Source of the DNA: an uncultured Kiritimatiellaceae bacterium
GTDB lineage: Bacteria; Verrucomicrobiota; Kiritimatiellia; Kiritimatiellales; Pontiellaceae
NCBI GenBank assembly: GCA_964014015.1
Contig: CAXGYR010000001.1
Coordinates: 1,260-65,259, forward strand
Direction of reading: 5' to 3'
Length of the DNA: 64,000 bases
The notes under the pieces are model-generated. The model was not told where the DNA came from. It saw nothing but the letters and a program-made list of their open reading frames with translations, and ran no database searches. How positions within the stretch are numbered: the stretch's first letter is position 1; each line of letters begins with the position of its first letter. Positions 9,716 to 19,676 of this stretch are shown here, piece after piece. Made by a program: the position numbers and the translations under genes.

Positions 9716-11039
9716 TTTGGGCATTCGGTTCAGATATAGATTCAAGCTGCTGTTTAATACGCGCTTCAAATCCTTGATTCGTTGGGTGATAATATTTTTT
9801 TTCTTCTGCCATATATGCCTGGTCAACGTAGTGGTTCTCATGATTATGAGGATAGACGTAAGTTTGAGAGGCTGGTTTGATTTTACTTCCACTCTGAAGA
9901 TGGTCGGGAACTACCTGAATACCACCTTTTTCAAGGTCTTTCATGGCAGCATTAATCGCCAGATATGCAGCGTTTGATTTGGGCGCGGATGCAAGATACG
10001 TTGTGGCCTGCGCCAATGGGATGCGAGCTTCTGGCATGCCGATGAATTCAGCTGCCTGCATGGCGGCTACCGCAAGTGATAATCCTCTTGGATCCGCATT
10101 CCCAATATCTTCCGATGCCAAAATAACGAGTCGGCGCGCAATAAACCGCGGATCCTCGCCAGCTATTAGCATCTTCGCCAGCCAATAAATTGCTGCATCA
10201 GGATCAGAACCCCGGACACTTTTAATGAATGCTGAGATCGTATCGTAATGCTCATCTTCATTTTTATCATACCGAATGGCACGTTTTTGAAGTGAGGCTT
10301 CAATTGTCTCTATACCAATCTGTTTTTTTTGCGTTGAAGGATCTTCAGGTGTGGTAAGAATAGCTATTTCAAGTGCATTTAAAGCCAATCGCGCATCGCC
10401 TTCGCAATTCTGAGAAAGGAATGTTAAAGCTTCATCTGAAATATTTGCTTGGTTCGAAAAACCGAGCGGACTTTCGATCGCTCGAATTATCAACACACGT
10501 AGTGCTTCCTCATTCAGAGGCTCGAGCTGAAACAGTTGTGATCGCGAATTAAGGGGGGCATTTATAAAATAACAAGGATTATGCGTGGTAGCTCCAATCA
10601 ATGAGATATCGCCCGCTTCTACATAGGGAAGGAGTACGTCTTGTTGTGCTTTATTAAATCGATGGATTTCATCGATAAAGAGAACAGTCTGACGTTTCTC
10701 CATTTTTTTTCGGTGCAACGCTTCTTCCAGAAGTTTGCGAAGAGCTGGTACATTTGACAAGACGCCGCTGGCACGTTCGAATCGGCGCGAGGTAGTTTTT
10801 GCAATTACCTCTGCAAGTGAGGTCTTTCCGCAGCCAGGTGGGCCATAGAAAATTAAACTGTTAAATCGGTCGGCTGAAATAGCTCGGCGCAGTAAGCAAT
10901 CTTTTGCCAGTAAGTGATCTTGCCCCACAATTTCATCCAGCGTTCGCGGTCGCATGCGTGTCGACAACGGTGCTGTGGGCAAGGGCACCGCTTCCGGAGA
11001 GGAAGGCGTTTGAGATGCATTAAATAGATCCATATCCAA
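9708..11039 (-). CDS. rarA: Replication-associated recombination protein A (RarA/MgsA AAA+ ATPase)
   Basis: GPPGCGKT, FIDEIHRFNKAQQD, HYDTISAFIKSVRGSDPDA, ASEDIG.ADP. Confidence 0.96.
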   Translation of the reverse strand: MDMDLFNASQTPSSPEAVPLPTAPLSTRMRPRTLDEIVGQDHLLAKDCLLRRAISADRFNSLIFYGPPGCGKTSLAEVIAKTTSRRFERASGVLSNVPALRKLLEEALHRKKMEKRQTVLFIDEIHRFNKAQQDVLLPYVEAGDISLIGATTHNPCYFINAPLNSRSQLFQLEPLNEEALRVLIIRAIESPLGFSNQANISDEALTFLSQNCEGDARLALNALEIAILTTPEDPSTQKKQIGIETIEASLQKRAIRYDKNEDEHYDTISAFIKSVRGSDPDAAIYWLAKMLIAGEDPRFIARRLVILASEDIGNADPRGLSLAVAAMQAAEFIGMPEARIPLAQATTYLASAPKSNAAYLAINAAMKDLEKGGIQVVPDHLQSGSKIKPASQTYVYPHNHENHYVDQAYMAEEKKYYHPTNQGFEARIKQQLESISEPNAQNE

Positions 11040-11056
11040 TCTTTACTGGAAAAAAG

Positions 11057-11247
11057 AAACCCCTCCATAGCCGACGTTCAGGCAGGCCTCTATCACCGAA
11101 GTGATATTCGTGGGAACCTATCTAACCGGTTTCCAGAACCCTCCCTTGTTCAAGGGCATATGGGCACCTGGCCGAAAGCTTAGCTCCCTATCTTATAATG
11201 CATTGGGAAAGAGGGGTGCGCCTGTTTTTGCGAACCAAGAAGGGTTT
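11057..11247 (-). ncRNA. ssrS: 6S RNA
   Basis: About 190 nt; manual fold gives a rod: AAACCCUUC/GGAGGGGUUU closing stem, CAGGC/GCCUG, CCUCU/AGAGG, central bubble, GGGAGCUA/UAGGUUCCC, CCAG/CUGG, apical CCCUUG-AA-CAAGGG; U-tract follows; upstream of rarA-ygfA. Confidence 0.8.
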
Positions 11248-11308
11248 AACATCTTTTCCAAATTTAAATGAACTATAGTTGCCTATGCCCCGGATAGAAA
11301 GCCTATAA

Positions 11309-11959
11309 TTACGTTGCGTTATACCAGTCTGTAAGACACTGAATAATACGCTCAGCACACTCGTGTTTGTTCAAATTTCCCCAGTTTTGAGGTGCGTTAG
11401 AACTGAAATCCATCCACTGATAGGTGCCTTGATCGGCTCCGATAGCATCAGGGTCATTTATAACAATTGCATCCAAGTTTTTGTTTGAGAGTTTTTCTCG
11501 CGCTTTTGAGAGCATGTCGTGAGTTTGAAGTGCAAATCCAACACACTTTTGATTCGATTTTTTATGATGACCAAGTGAAGCAGCAATATCTTTGGTGGGT
11601 TCTAGTTGAAGATCGAATGTTTCATCTTGATGATCCATCTTTCGAGATACTTTTTCTCGTGGTTTAAAATCGGCAACGGCTGCGGCAAAAACGGTTGCCT
11701 GGACTGATGGAAATAAGTGTGTAGCTGCCTCAAGCATCTCTTCGGCACTGGTAACGTGATGAAGTGTACCGTTCTGTTGCAAGTTGGGTAGGTTAGACGA
11801 ATGAACTGGACCACTTATAAAATCAACGAACCACCCAAATCGGATAGCAGTCTCTGCTATGGCGGCTCCCATTTTTCCACTAGACGCATTACCAATGTAG
11901 CGAACGGGGTCTATATATTCATGTGTTGGCCCCGATAAGATGAGTAGCTTTTTTTTCAC
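11309..11959 (-). CDS. coaB: Phosphopantothenate-cysteine ligase (CoaB domain, separate ORF)
   Basis: SGPT.EYIDPVRYIGN.SSGKMG, AAAVADF, VGFALQT, K..KNLD.IV.N. Confidence 0.9.
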   Translation of the reverse strand: MKKKLLILSGPTHEYIDPVRYIGNASSGKMGAAIAETAIRFGWFVDFISGPVHSSNLPNLQQNGTLHHVTSAEEMLEAATHLFPSVQATVFAAAVADFKPREKVSRKMDHQDETFDLQLEPTKDIAASLGHHKKSNQKCVGFALQTHDMLSKAREKLSNKNLDAIVINDPDAIGADQGTYQWMDFSSNAPQNWGNLNKHECAERIIQCLTDWYNAT

Positions 11960-12504
11960 GACTTATTTTTATGCTGTAAAACAGAGTCGAGAATGCGGGT
12001 AGGGGAGGCTAAGCGACCTTCTCCAACTGTTCCACAAGCCAGTCGTCCGGTTTCAGGACCAATGATTTCCCACCCATCGTGCTCTAGGGTACGGCAGTTG
12101 CGCTGTACGGAGGCCTGCTGCCACATATTGGTGTTCATAGCCGGACATACCTGTTTGATACAATCACTTTTTAATGCGAGTGCGGCATTTGATACTGGAT
12201 CTTCACCTAACCCCACAGCTAGACGCGCGATCGTGCTAGCGGTAGCGGGCATCACAATGAAAAGGTCTACTTCTGAGGATGGATACAGATGTGCATAGGT
12301 TTCGGTCTGCGTACTACTTTGGATCTGCTGCTGACATTGTGTGGCCCGACCGGTGAGTGCCGTGAAGGTTAGCGGTGTAATAAACCGCTCTGCATTCGAT
12401 GTCATACAGACATCTACGGTACAATCTTTCTGCGCGAGCTGACTAACAACTTCCGCTGCTTTATAAGCTGCAATACCTCCACTCACGCCTACTAATATAT
12501 GCAT
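11956..12504 (-). CDS. coaC: Phosphopantothenoylcysteine decarboxylase (CoaC domain, separate ORF; start MHILVG)
   Basis: GVSGGIAAYK, PATA, PAMNTNMW, LACG..G.GRL. Confidence 0.9.
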   Translation of the reverse strand: MHILVGVSGGIAAYKAAEVVSQLAQKDCTVDVCMTSNAERFITPLTFTALTGRATQCQQQIQSSTQTETYAHLYPSSEVDLFIVMPATASTIARLAVGLGEDPVSNAALALKSDCIKQVCPAMNTNMWQQASVQRNCRTLEHDGWEIIGPETGRLACGTVGEGRLASPTRILDSVLQHKNKS

Positions 12505-12526
12505 TACCTTAATCCTGTCGAGGAGG

Positions 12527-13084
12527 TTATACCTCCATGATTTCGGTCTCCTTCGAGGCAAGCATTTCATCCATTCGAGCAATAACCGTATTGGTAATTG
12601 TTTGAATTTTGTCTAACGCTTCGACTCGATCATCTTCCGTTAGATCACCTTGTTTTTCTGCTGCCTTAATCTGTTCGTTGGCATCACGACGTATGTTTCG
12701 AACGGCAACACGCTGTTCTTCTGTTGTTCTGCCTGCTAATTTGACCATTTCTTTGCGGCGCTCTTCGGAGAGTTCGGGAATCGGCACGCGTATTAAGCGA
12801 CCATCGTTCATCGGTGTAATACCGATATTTGCACTAACAATGGCTTTTTCAATTGAACCCAGTGCGGAGTGGTCAAAGGGGTTAATGACAATTTGACGAG
12901 GTTCAGGTGTCGATATGTTAGCGATATCCCGTAACCGAGTGGGTGTTCCATAATAATCTACAGTAACGTTTTCAACGAGAGCTGGATTCGCTTTTCCGGT
13001 TCGTAGACCACTCAGTTCTTGTTGCAGAAACTGAACTGTTTTTTCCATCTTCTCCTCAGCTTCTTTTTGAATTTCTTGGCTCAT
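12527..13084 (-). CDS. frr: Ribosome recycling factor
   Basis: LRTGKANP, VDYYG, PELSEERR, VRNIRRDA. Confidence 0.97.
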   Translation of the reverse strand: MSQEIQKEAEEKMEKTVQFLQQELSGLRTGKANPALVENVTVDYYGTPTRLRDIANISTPEPRQIVINPFDHSALGSIEKAIVSANIGITPMNDGRLIRVPIPELSEERRKEMVKLAGRTTEEQRVAVRNIRRDANEQIKAAEKQGDLTEDDRVEALDKIQTITNTVIARMDEMLASKETEIMEV

Positions 13085-13098
13085 ATTACTGCTCCTGT

Positions 13099-13812
13099 TT
13101 AACCACGATTAACTAGTGTTCCGGAGGCGTCTCCAGAGAAAATTTCCACCATGCTGTTGGATTTGAAAAAATCAAAAACGATAATAGGAATATCATTTTC
13201 CATACAGAGCGAGAAGGCTGCCGCATCCATAACGCCCAGCTGCTGCGTAAGCGCATCCGTATAGGTTAGTGAGTGGTATCGAACGGCTTCCGGGTCTTTA
13301 ACAGGGTCAGCGCTGTATATTCCATCCACTTTAGTTGCTTTCATTAGCACATCGGCATTGATCTCGGAAGCACGTAAGGCTGCTGCACTATCCGTTGTAA
13401 AATAGGGATTACCGGTGCCGGCACCAAAAATAACAACACGACCTTTCTCTAGATGCCGAATGGCTCGACGACGAATGAAGGGTTCTGCAATAGAGGGCAT
13501 CGAAATGGCGGTCATTACCCGAGTGTGAATACCATGGTTTTCCAGTGCGCTTTGGATAGCCATAGCATTAATAACGGTTGCAAGCATCCCCATGTAATCA
13601 CCGGTGGTACGATCGGTTCCGGAGCTGACGCCTTCGAGACCGCGAAAAATATTTCCGCCACCCACAACTACTGCGATTTCTGCACCGGCTTCGAGCATGG
13701 TTTTAAATTGTTGAGCAACGGAGTTGAGAATATCGGGATCATGATTCAATCCGGCAGCTCTGTTTTGAAGAGCTTCGCCACTAATTTTTAGTAAGATCCG
13801 TTTATATTTCAT
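13099..13812 (-). CDS. pyrH: UMP kinase
   Basis: RILLKISGEAL, VVGGGNIFRG, GMLAT, GTGNPYFTTD. Confidence 0.97.
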   Translation of the reverse strand: MKYKRILLKISGEALQNRAAGLNHDPDILNSVAQQFKTMLEAGAEIAVVVGGGNIFRGLEGVSSGTDRTTGDYMGMLATVINAMAIQSALENHGIHTRVMTAISMPSIAEPFIRRRAIRHLEKGRVVIFGAGTGNPYFTTDSAAALRASEINADVLMKATKVDGIYSADPVKDPEAVRYHSLTYTDALTQQLGVMDAAAFSLCMENDIPIIVFDFFKSNSMVEIFSGDASGTLVNRG

Positions 13813-13889
13813 TGCTGATCCTCGATATTTTCATCGCACCTTAAAGCAAGCTTTGGTAGCTGTAAATTTCCAAAGACAGGAAACTCGAC

Positions 13890-15116
13890 ATGGTTTGGTT
13901 TAGATCAGCACATAAATTTTTACTACTTCTTGTTTTGCTGGTAGTGGGCCTGGGCATCCATATGTGGCAAATTAATCAACATGAACCATGGATGCTGAAG
14001 CGGGCTGCTTTGTGGGTTCCGCGATTTGATTACAAGTCAGCTTCAGATATTCGTCATATTATGAAAAATGCCGCGACTACTGGTTTTACCGACATTTTTT
14101 TTCAGGTGCGGGGCAACGGCACTGTTTTTTATAACAGCACGTTAGAGCCATGGGCTCATGATCTACATGGCGGGTATATTGAAAAATTGGGAGATGACCC
14201 AGGATGGGATCCTTTGCAAACTGCAATTGATGAGGCAACTAAACAGGGCTTAAAAATCCATGCTTATATAAATGTGTTGCCGGGATGGAAAGGGCGACAA
14301 GATCCGCCAAAGAAACGAGGTCAACCATGGGCAGATCATCGCGATTGGTTCATGGTAGATGCGTTGGGTGATGTGATGCAACCTACAGCTGGGTGGTATA
14401 CTTTCTTGAATCCGGCGCATCCAGCTGTGATTGATCACTTGTGCGGTATCGTAGAGGAGTTACTGACATACGCTGTGGACGGCATCCATTTGGATTATAT
14501 TCGCTATCCGTATGACTACTATTTAGTAGCCGATGAACTATATGCCGATGCGGATGCCACAACATTGAGATTGCGAAGTGATTTTTCATATGACCCATTT
14601 TCGATGGATTTATATTCAGCTGATTTACGTATTAAAAATAAAACGGAACAACGATCTGAGATTAAGTGTGAAATTATATCTCACTTAGTTACTCGAATAG
14701 CTGAGAAGATGGAAAGGTTTAAACCGGAGGCAGTATTGAGTGCTAGCGTAATAGGAAATCCGGTTGACGGGCGAAAGCACGCCGCTCAAAAACCGGAAAG
14801 ATGGCTCGCTGATCACGGACTAGACTGGGCTGTTCAGATGAACTACAGCGACTCTTTATTCAATACCCATGCCGAAGCATTTCGGAAAAATATCTCGAAG
14901 AAGGATCGTACAGAAGGATGGATGATGGGATTATCAGCTGGACACGACAAGCACTCTCTGAAAAAGCAACTGCTGGGGCTATCCGAATGGGACTGTCGCT
15001 CCATTGCTATTTTTTCCTACAGCCTTCTGTTTGAGCACCACCAGCCAACGCATAAGAGCCGCTTTATTCGTGATTTTCTGTCGCGCAATCTGCAAGAAAC
15101 ATCGCAATCAAACTAG
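13890..15116 (+). CDS. Glycoside hydrolase-like 10 (DUF187/YddW-like) protein with N-terminal membrane anchor
   Basis: FFQVRG.G, WDPL..AI.EA...GL.IHA, LNPAHP, YAVDGIHLDYIRYP. Confidence 0.8.
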   Translation: MVWFRSAHKFLLLLVLLVVGLGIHMWQINQHEPWMLKRAALWVPRFDYKSASDIRHIMKNAATTGFTDIFFQVRGNGTVFYNSTLEPWAHDLHGGYIEKLGDDPGWDPLQTAIDEATKQGLKIHAYINVLPGWKGRQDPPKKRGQPWADHRDWFMVDALGDVMQPTAGWYTFLNPAHPAVIDHLCGIVEELLTYAVDGIHLDYIRYPYDYYLVADELYADADATTLRLRSDFSYDPFSMDLYSADLRIKNKTEQRSEIKCEIISHLVTRIAEKMERFKPEAVLSASVIGNPVDGRKHAAQKPERWLADHGLDWAVQMNYSDSLFNTHAEAFRKNISKKDRTEGWMMGLSAGHDKHSLKKQLLGLSEWDCRSIAIFSYSLLFEHHQPTHKSRFIRDFLSRNLQETSQSN

Positions 15117-16984
15117 TCCTCTGCAGTTTCAGTTGCCTCATATTTTTCCGCTAATTGTTCGACCTTTTGTAGTGCGTTTTCGCATAGGTCTGTTTCCCCT
15201 GTTAGTTTACTTGCACGGGCAAAAGCGCTCCAAGCTGTGATGCGGTCAGGATAGCGTTGGGTTGCTTGCTGCAGTATTTCAAATGCTTCTTCATGTCGAC
15301 CGTTAATAAGCTTTGCATTACCCAGACCTATTGCGGCGCCAGGCGATTGATGATGATTTAATAACAGCGAAAAAATAGCTTCTGCCTCTGCGGCACGGTT
15401 AAGCGCCAAATAGACTCTTGCTGCACTAATTAACCTCGCAGGGTTACCACCACTAGTAGGTCTTGATATGAAATCTTTGCGAGCCTGCTCAATTTTGTTA
15501 AGTCCTGCCTGCTGCAGATCTGAGAGCATAAATAGATCGTTGAACTCAGGTTTGTCTTGAAGGATAACAATAGTAGTGCCGTCAAAATATAGTAGTTTCC
15601 AGCCCCGTTGTAGTAACGTGACAACGCCCTGGGCTGTTGAGGGATAGAGCCCGTTGAGAATGAAAGCTTCAGGCCGATAGGCTTGGTAAAAACGGTCAAA
15701 CGCTTCCGTATTGCCAAGGAGTAATTGATTCAAATCTTTTAGGATATCTGGTTCGTATATTCCGGAACGATAATCTAAAAAACAATTTCTTCCGTATCGA
15801 TAGGTCAGATAACCTCCGTCTGCTGGCTGGTTGATGGCACGTTCTGGGAAATCAACATGGTTTAACAACTCATCAAGATCAGTGGGATAGAGCGTTTCAT
15901 TGATCCCTACGCCAAAACAGGAAGCAGATCCATTTCGAACATACGCTTGCCCAGAAATAACAGGCGTAATCGAAAAGATTAACAGTACCAGAAACAACAC
16001 TTGAGCCATGATTAAGGCAACCTGTTTTTTGCTAGCGGAATTTGCTAGCAACAGGCTTGTTGAATAGTCGCTAACAGATTGAATGCTGAGTACAATAAAG
16101 GGGTATGCAAGCGCCACAAACTGTAGACTCATTTTCGGTGATGTCCACAGCAAGGCAATACTTATTACGGCACAGGTAGTGATATATGAGGGTAGTTTCT
16201 GCTTATACGTGAGCAGTCCAATAGCTCCAATAACAATGACAAAAATTAGGATGAGTTTAATCGAATCTGTATGGAAAAAATCGGTAAAAAGTGAAGCCCA
16301 ATAAATTGGGCTTGCATTTAAAAGTGAGGCAAACGTCTGTTGATAAATACCTAGTCCATTTTTATTGATGAGCGATACAATCAGGAGAATGGGTATCAAG
16401 GGAAATAACGAAAAGTTTCTGCCTTTTTTTCGCGTTTTTATGTCGGAATTTTTAAAAGAAGCAATGGCCGTTAAAACGGGGCCAAAAAGAAAGGAGGTAT
16501 GCATGTTGGCCCAAAGCAGTTGCACTACTATTAATACTCCGTAGAGCATGTTTCGGCTTTTCATCGCGTTCAGTAAGTAACTGAAGGTTGCAATAAAAAG
16601 AAACATTAGCGTGCTGGGACCGACGTCAAGTGATCTGAAAATAATGTGACCACAGAGAATAATGGAAAAACCTTGTGCAAGCGATGAACCCCATTTGCCA
16701 GCTGACTTGACGAGCAATCCAGCACCCATTAGCAGAGCGAGAACATTTAATATAACTGCAAGCGGTGCTCCGCCTGTTTTCCAAACAAATAGTAGTAGTT
16801 TATCATATAGAAAAGTAGTGTGGGGTGCGCTTTCTAACTGAAGCCAAGAGAGTTGAGTCCCGTGGATTGCCTGCGCTAGGTGGGACCAGATTTCAGGAGT
16901 GCTGATCGTTCGAAGCGAGAGCAAGACCAAAAAGATAAACCCTCCAACGATTGAAGCCTTATTGATTGCTTGACCTATTTTCAT
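15113..16984 (-). CDS. Multi-pass membrane protein with C-terminal TPR repeats (possible GT-C fold)
   Basis: About 10-11 hydrophobic segments, EIWSHL and LWANMH.SF motifs, TPR-like helices at C-terminus. Confidence 0.55.
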   Translation of the reverse strand: MKIGQAINKASIVGGFIFLVLLSLRTISTPEIWSHLAQAIHGTQLSWLQLESAPHTTFLYDKLLLFVWKTGGAPLAVILNVLALLMGAGLLVKSAGKWGSSLAQGFSIILCGHIIFRSLDVGPSTLMFLFIATFSYLLNAMKSRNMLYGVLIVVQLLWANMHTSFLFGPVLTAIASFKNSDIKTRKKGRNFSLFPLIPILLIVSLINKNGLGIYQQTFASLLNASPIYWASLFTDFFHTDSIKLILIFVIVIGAIGLLTYKQKLPSYITTCAVISIALLWTSPKMSLQFVALAYPFIVLSIQSVSDYSTSLLLANSASKKQVALIMAQVLFLVLLIFSITPVISGQAYVRNGSASCFGVGINETLYPTDLDELLNHVDFPERAINQPADGGYLTYRYGRNCFLDYRSGIYEPDILKDLNQLLLGNTEAFDRFYQAYRPEAFILNGLYPSTAQGVVTLLQRGWKLLYFDGTTIVILQDKPEFNDLFMLSDLQQAGLNKIEQARKDFISRPTSGGNPARLISAARVYLALNRAAEAEAIFSLLLNHHQSPGAAIGLGNAKLINGRHEEAFEILQQATQRYPDRITAWSAFARASKLTGETDLCENALQKVEQLAEKYEATETAED

Positions 16985-17056
16985 ATCTCTCTCCCATCCT
17001 TGTTACTCAGTAAAACCACATCCGATTAACTACTTTTATTATGTTTATTTTATGAG

Positions 17057-19552
17057 CTAGAGCAAATCAAGCTGGTTCTGATGCTCCGACGATTTTAATT
17101 GCCGTTTGCGGACAGCTCTTTTCGCTGTTGTATCCGGATGGCCTGCCTGTTCAAGAGAGTTAAGAATCGTCACTGCTTTCTCGATAACATTGGCCGGCAG
17201 ACCAGCCAGCCGCGCGACCTGAATGCCATAGCTTTTATCCGCTGCTTCAGGAATTATTTTTCTCAGAAACGTTATCTGATCTCCCTGTTCCTTGACGGCA
17301 ACGCTGAAGTTTTTGATCTGTGCATGCGTTTCACTTAAATCGGTCAGCTCATGATAGTGGGTGGCAAAGAGTGTTCGAGGTCTTACGGCCGGATTTTCAC
17401 AGAGGTATTCGGCGACAGACCACGCAATACTGATGCCGTCATAGGTACTAGTACCTCTACCGATTTCATCTAATATAATGAGACTTCGATCGGTTGCCTG
17501 ATTTAAAATATTGGCTGTTTCTTGCATTTCGACCATAAAGGTGGATCTACCTCTAGCTAGATCATCACTAGCACCCACCCGTGTAAAGACACGATCAACC
17601 AACCCAATACTAGCCGCGGATGCCGGTACAAAAGAGCCCATGTGAGCTAAAATGGTAATGAGGGCTACTTGACGTATGTAGGTTGATTTTCCTGCCATAT
17701 TCGGTCCGGTTAAGAGGATCAACTGCTGATCTTTTTGGTTTAGTTGCACATCATTGGGCACAAACCGCTCGGTTTCAACCAATTGTTCTACAACCGGATG
17801 ACGACCCTCATAAATATTCAATTCTGAATCATCAGATATTTCTGGGCGTACATAATTAAGTGAGAGAGCTCTTTCAGCAAGGGCAGCAACCACATCGATG
17901 TACGCAATATTTCGGGCATTTTTCTGGATGGAAGGTAGCTCTTGTAGAACTTTTTCTTTCAACTCACGAAAAAGCTTCTGTTCGAGTGCGATTGAACGCT
18001 CTTCAGCACCCAGAATCTGATCAGCATATTGGGTGAGTTCTGGAACAACAAACCGCTCAGCATTAGTTAATGTCTGTTTGCGTTGATAGTCTTCTGGCAC
18101 TTTATCGAGAGCCGCCTTGCTGATTTCGATGTAGTATCCGAAAACTTTATTAAAACGTACTTTTAGGTTCTTAATTCCTGTTCGTTCGGCTTCCTGCGAT
18201 TGGAAGGTAGCCAACCATGAACGCCCTTCGCTAGCTGCCAGACGAAGTTGATCCAGCTCTGCACTATATCCATCGGATATAACGCCGCCTTCTCGAAGAT
18301 GCAGCGGAGCTTCGTCCTGAATAGCACTATCAAGCTCATGCGTAAGATCAGGCAGTGGCTCAAGTTCTTCGGCGGCCGCCTCTAGCTGCGAACCTTGTCC
18401 TTTAAACAATTGTTGGAGAGCGGGCAGTTGTTCGAGCGATGTTGCGAGAGCCTGCATATCCCGAGGATTATTCGAGCCAGCGGAGCCGATCCGTGATGCC
18501 AGTCGTTCGAGATCACGAACGTTTTTCAAGTAGTCCCGTATTTGCATGAGGAGGGTTTGATGAGAGGTCAATGTTTCAACTGCATCGAGTCGATCCAGAA
18601 TATGTTTGGTATTATTCAGTGGACGTAAAAGCCATTCACGAATCATACGACCGCCCATTGGTGTGCATGAGGAATCAATTATGCTTAACAACGTACTATT
18701 TTGAGATGATCGTTTGGTATAAAGCGGCTCTACTAATTCAAGGTTTATAACCGTGGTTTCATCCAGATAAAGTATATCTTGGGCAGTCCGCAAGCGGATG
18801 CTTTGTATGTGAGCAAGGTCATGATGCAGGGTGTTTTGCAAATAGCCGAACAAAGCACCCAGTGCCTGCAGGGAGACGGAAGCATCGGCTAATCCCAACC
18901 CGAGCAGAGATTGTGCTCCGAAATGCCGCAATAATCTGTCCTCGGCGTTGCCATAATCAAAATGCCAATTCTCACACTGCGTGAAAGCCAGCGGCATGTG
19001 TAGCGACTCACGTATCTCCTGCAGTTGGTCCTCAGCTACCAGACATTCGGACGGTTGGTCGTGAGTAAAAATGGTTTCGACTTGTACCATAGTTCTACAC
19101 TCTTCTAGCCAACAGTTTCCGGTGGAGCAGTCTAGCATAGCAATGCCATAGGTGCCATCGTGGCAAAATAGCGAGGCTATATAATTGTGGAGTCGGTCCT
19201 CAATGTGCATTTCATCGATGATTGTTCCGGGTGTAACAATGCGTGTAACTTCACGTTTCACAACGCCTTTCGCTTCTTCTGGTGATTCAACTTGCTCACA
19301 GAGAGCAACTTTTACACCGGCTTTAATCAGGCGTTCCAAATAGCCAGCCGCTGCGTGGAAGGGCACACCGCACATCGGTACTTCATTGCGTTTTGTCAGC
19401 GTAATTTCGAGAATGGAGGCAGCGCGAACTGCATCATCAAAGAACATTTCATAAAAGTCACCCAATCGAAAAAATAGCAGAACATCATCCGGCAAAGAAC
19501 GCCGAATAGAACGATACTGGCTCATCATCGGGGTTTCTTTGGCTTTTGGCAT
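17057..19552 (-). CDS. mutS: DNA mismatch repair protein MutS
   Basis: TPMM.QY, FFRLGDFYEMF, TGPNMAGKST, STFMVEM, DEIGRGTS, FATHYHEL. Confidence 0.98.
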   Translation of the reverse strand: MPKAKETPMMSQYRSIRRSLPDDVLLFFRLGDFYEMFFDDAVRAASILEITLTKRNEVPMCGVPFHAAAGYLERLIKAGVKVALCEQVESPEEAKGVVKREVTRIVTPGTIIDEMHIEDRLHNYIASLFCHDGTYGIAMLDCSTGNCWLEECRTMVQVETIFTHDQPSECLVAEDQLQEIRESLHMPLAFTQCENWHFDYGNAEDRLLRHFGAQSLLGLGLADASVSLQALGALFGYLQNTLHHDLAHIQSIRLRTAQDILYLDETTVINLELVEPLYTKRSSQNSTLLSIIDSSCTPMGGRMIREWLLRPLNNTKHILDRLDAVETLTSHQTLLMQIRDYLKNVRDLERLASRIGSAGSNNPRDMQALATSLEQLPALQQLFKGQGSQLEAAAEELEPLPDLTHELDSAIQDEAPLHLREGGVISDGYSAELDQLRLAASEGRSWLATFQSQEAERTGIKNLKVRFNKVFGYYIEISKAALDKVPEDYQRKQTLTNAERFVVPELTQYADQILGAEERSIALEQKLFRELKEKVLQELPSIQKNARNIAYIDVVAALAERALSLNYVRPEISDDSELNIYEGRHPVVEQLVETERFVPNDVQLNQKDQQLILLTGPNMAGKSTYIRQVALITILAHMGSFVPASAASIGLVDRVFTRVGASDDLARGRSTFMVEMQETANILNQATDRSLIILDEIGRGTSTYDGISIAWSVAEYLCENPAVRPRTLFATHYHELTDLSETHAQIKNFSVAVKEQGDQITFLRKIIPEAADKSYGIQVARLAGLPANVIEKAVTILNSLEQAGHPDTTAKRAVRKRQLKSSEHQNQLDLL

Positions 19553-19676
19553 GCGTATCTCCTAAAAAAAAACAGTGTAAGAACAGTAACGTAATTCTTC
19601 AATCTTGAATCGCGTAATCTAGAATCACTTATAAATCTGACTTTTTTATACTAAAATTTTGAATTAGAGTGAATAT

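Noticed and set aside
9716-9892. Long N-terminal extensions in the ORF track (ygfA here; also coaC, clpC, ilvE, kamA, glgA)
   Set aside because: They overlap neighbouring genes; family homology begins at downstream starts
11057-11247. Riboswitch upstream of rarA
   Set aside because: No recognisable aptamer core; end-to-end rod fold, length and ygfA context fit 6S RNA better
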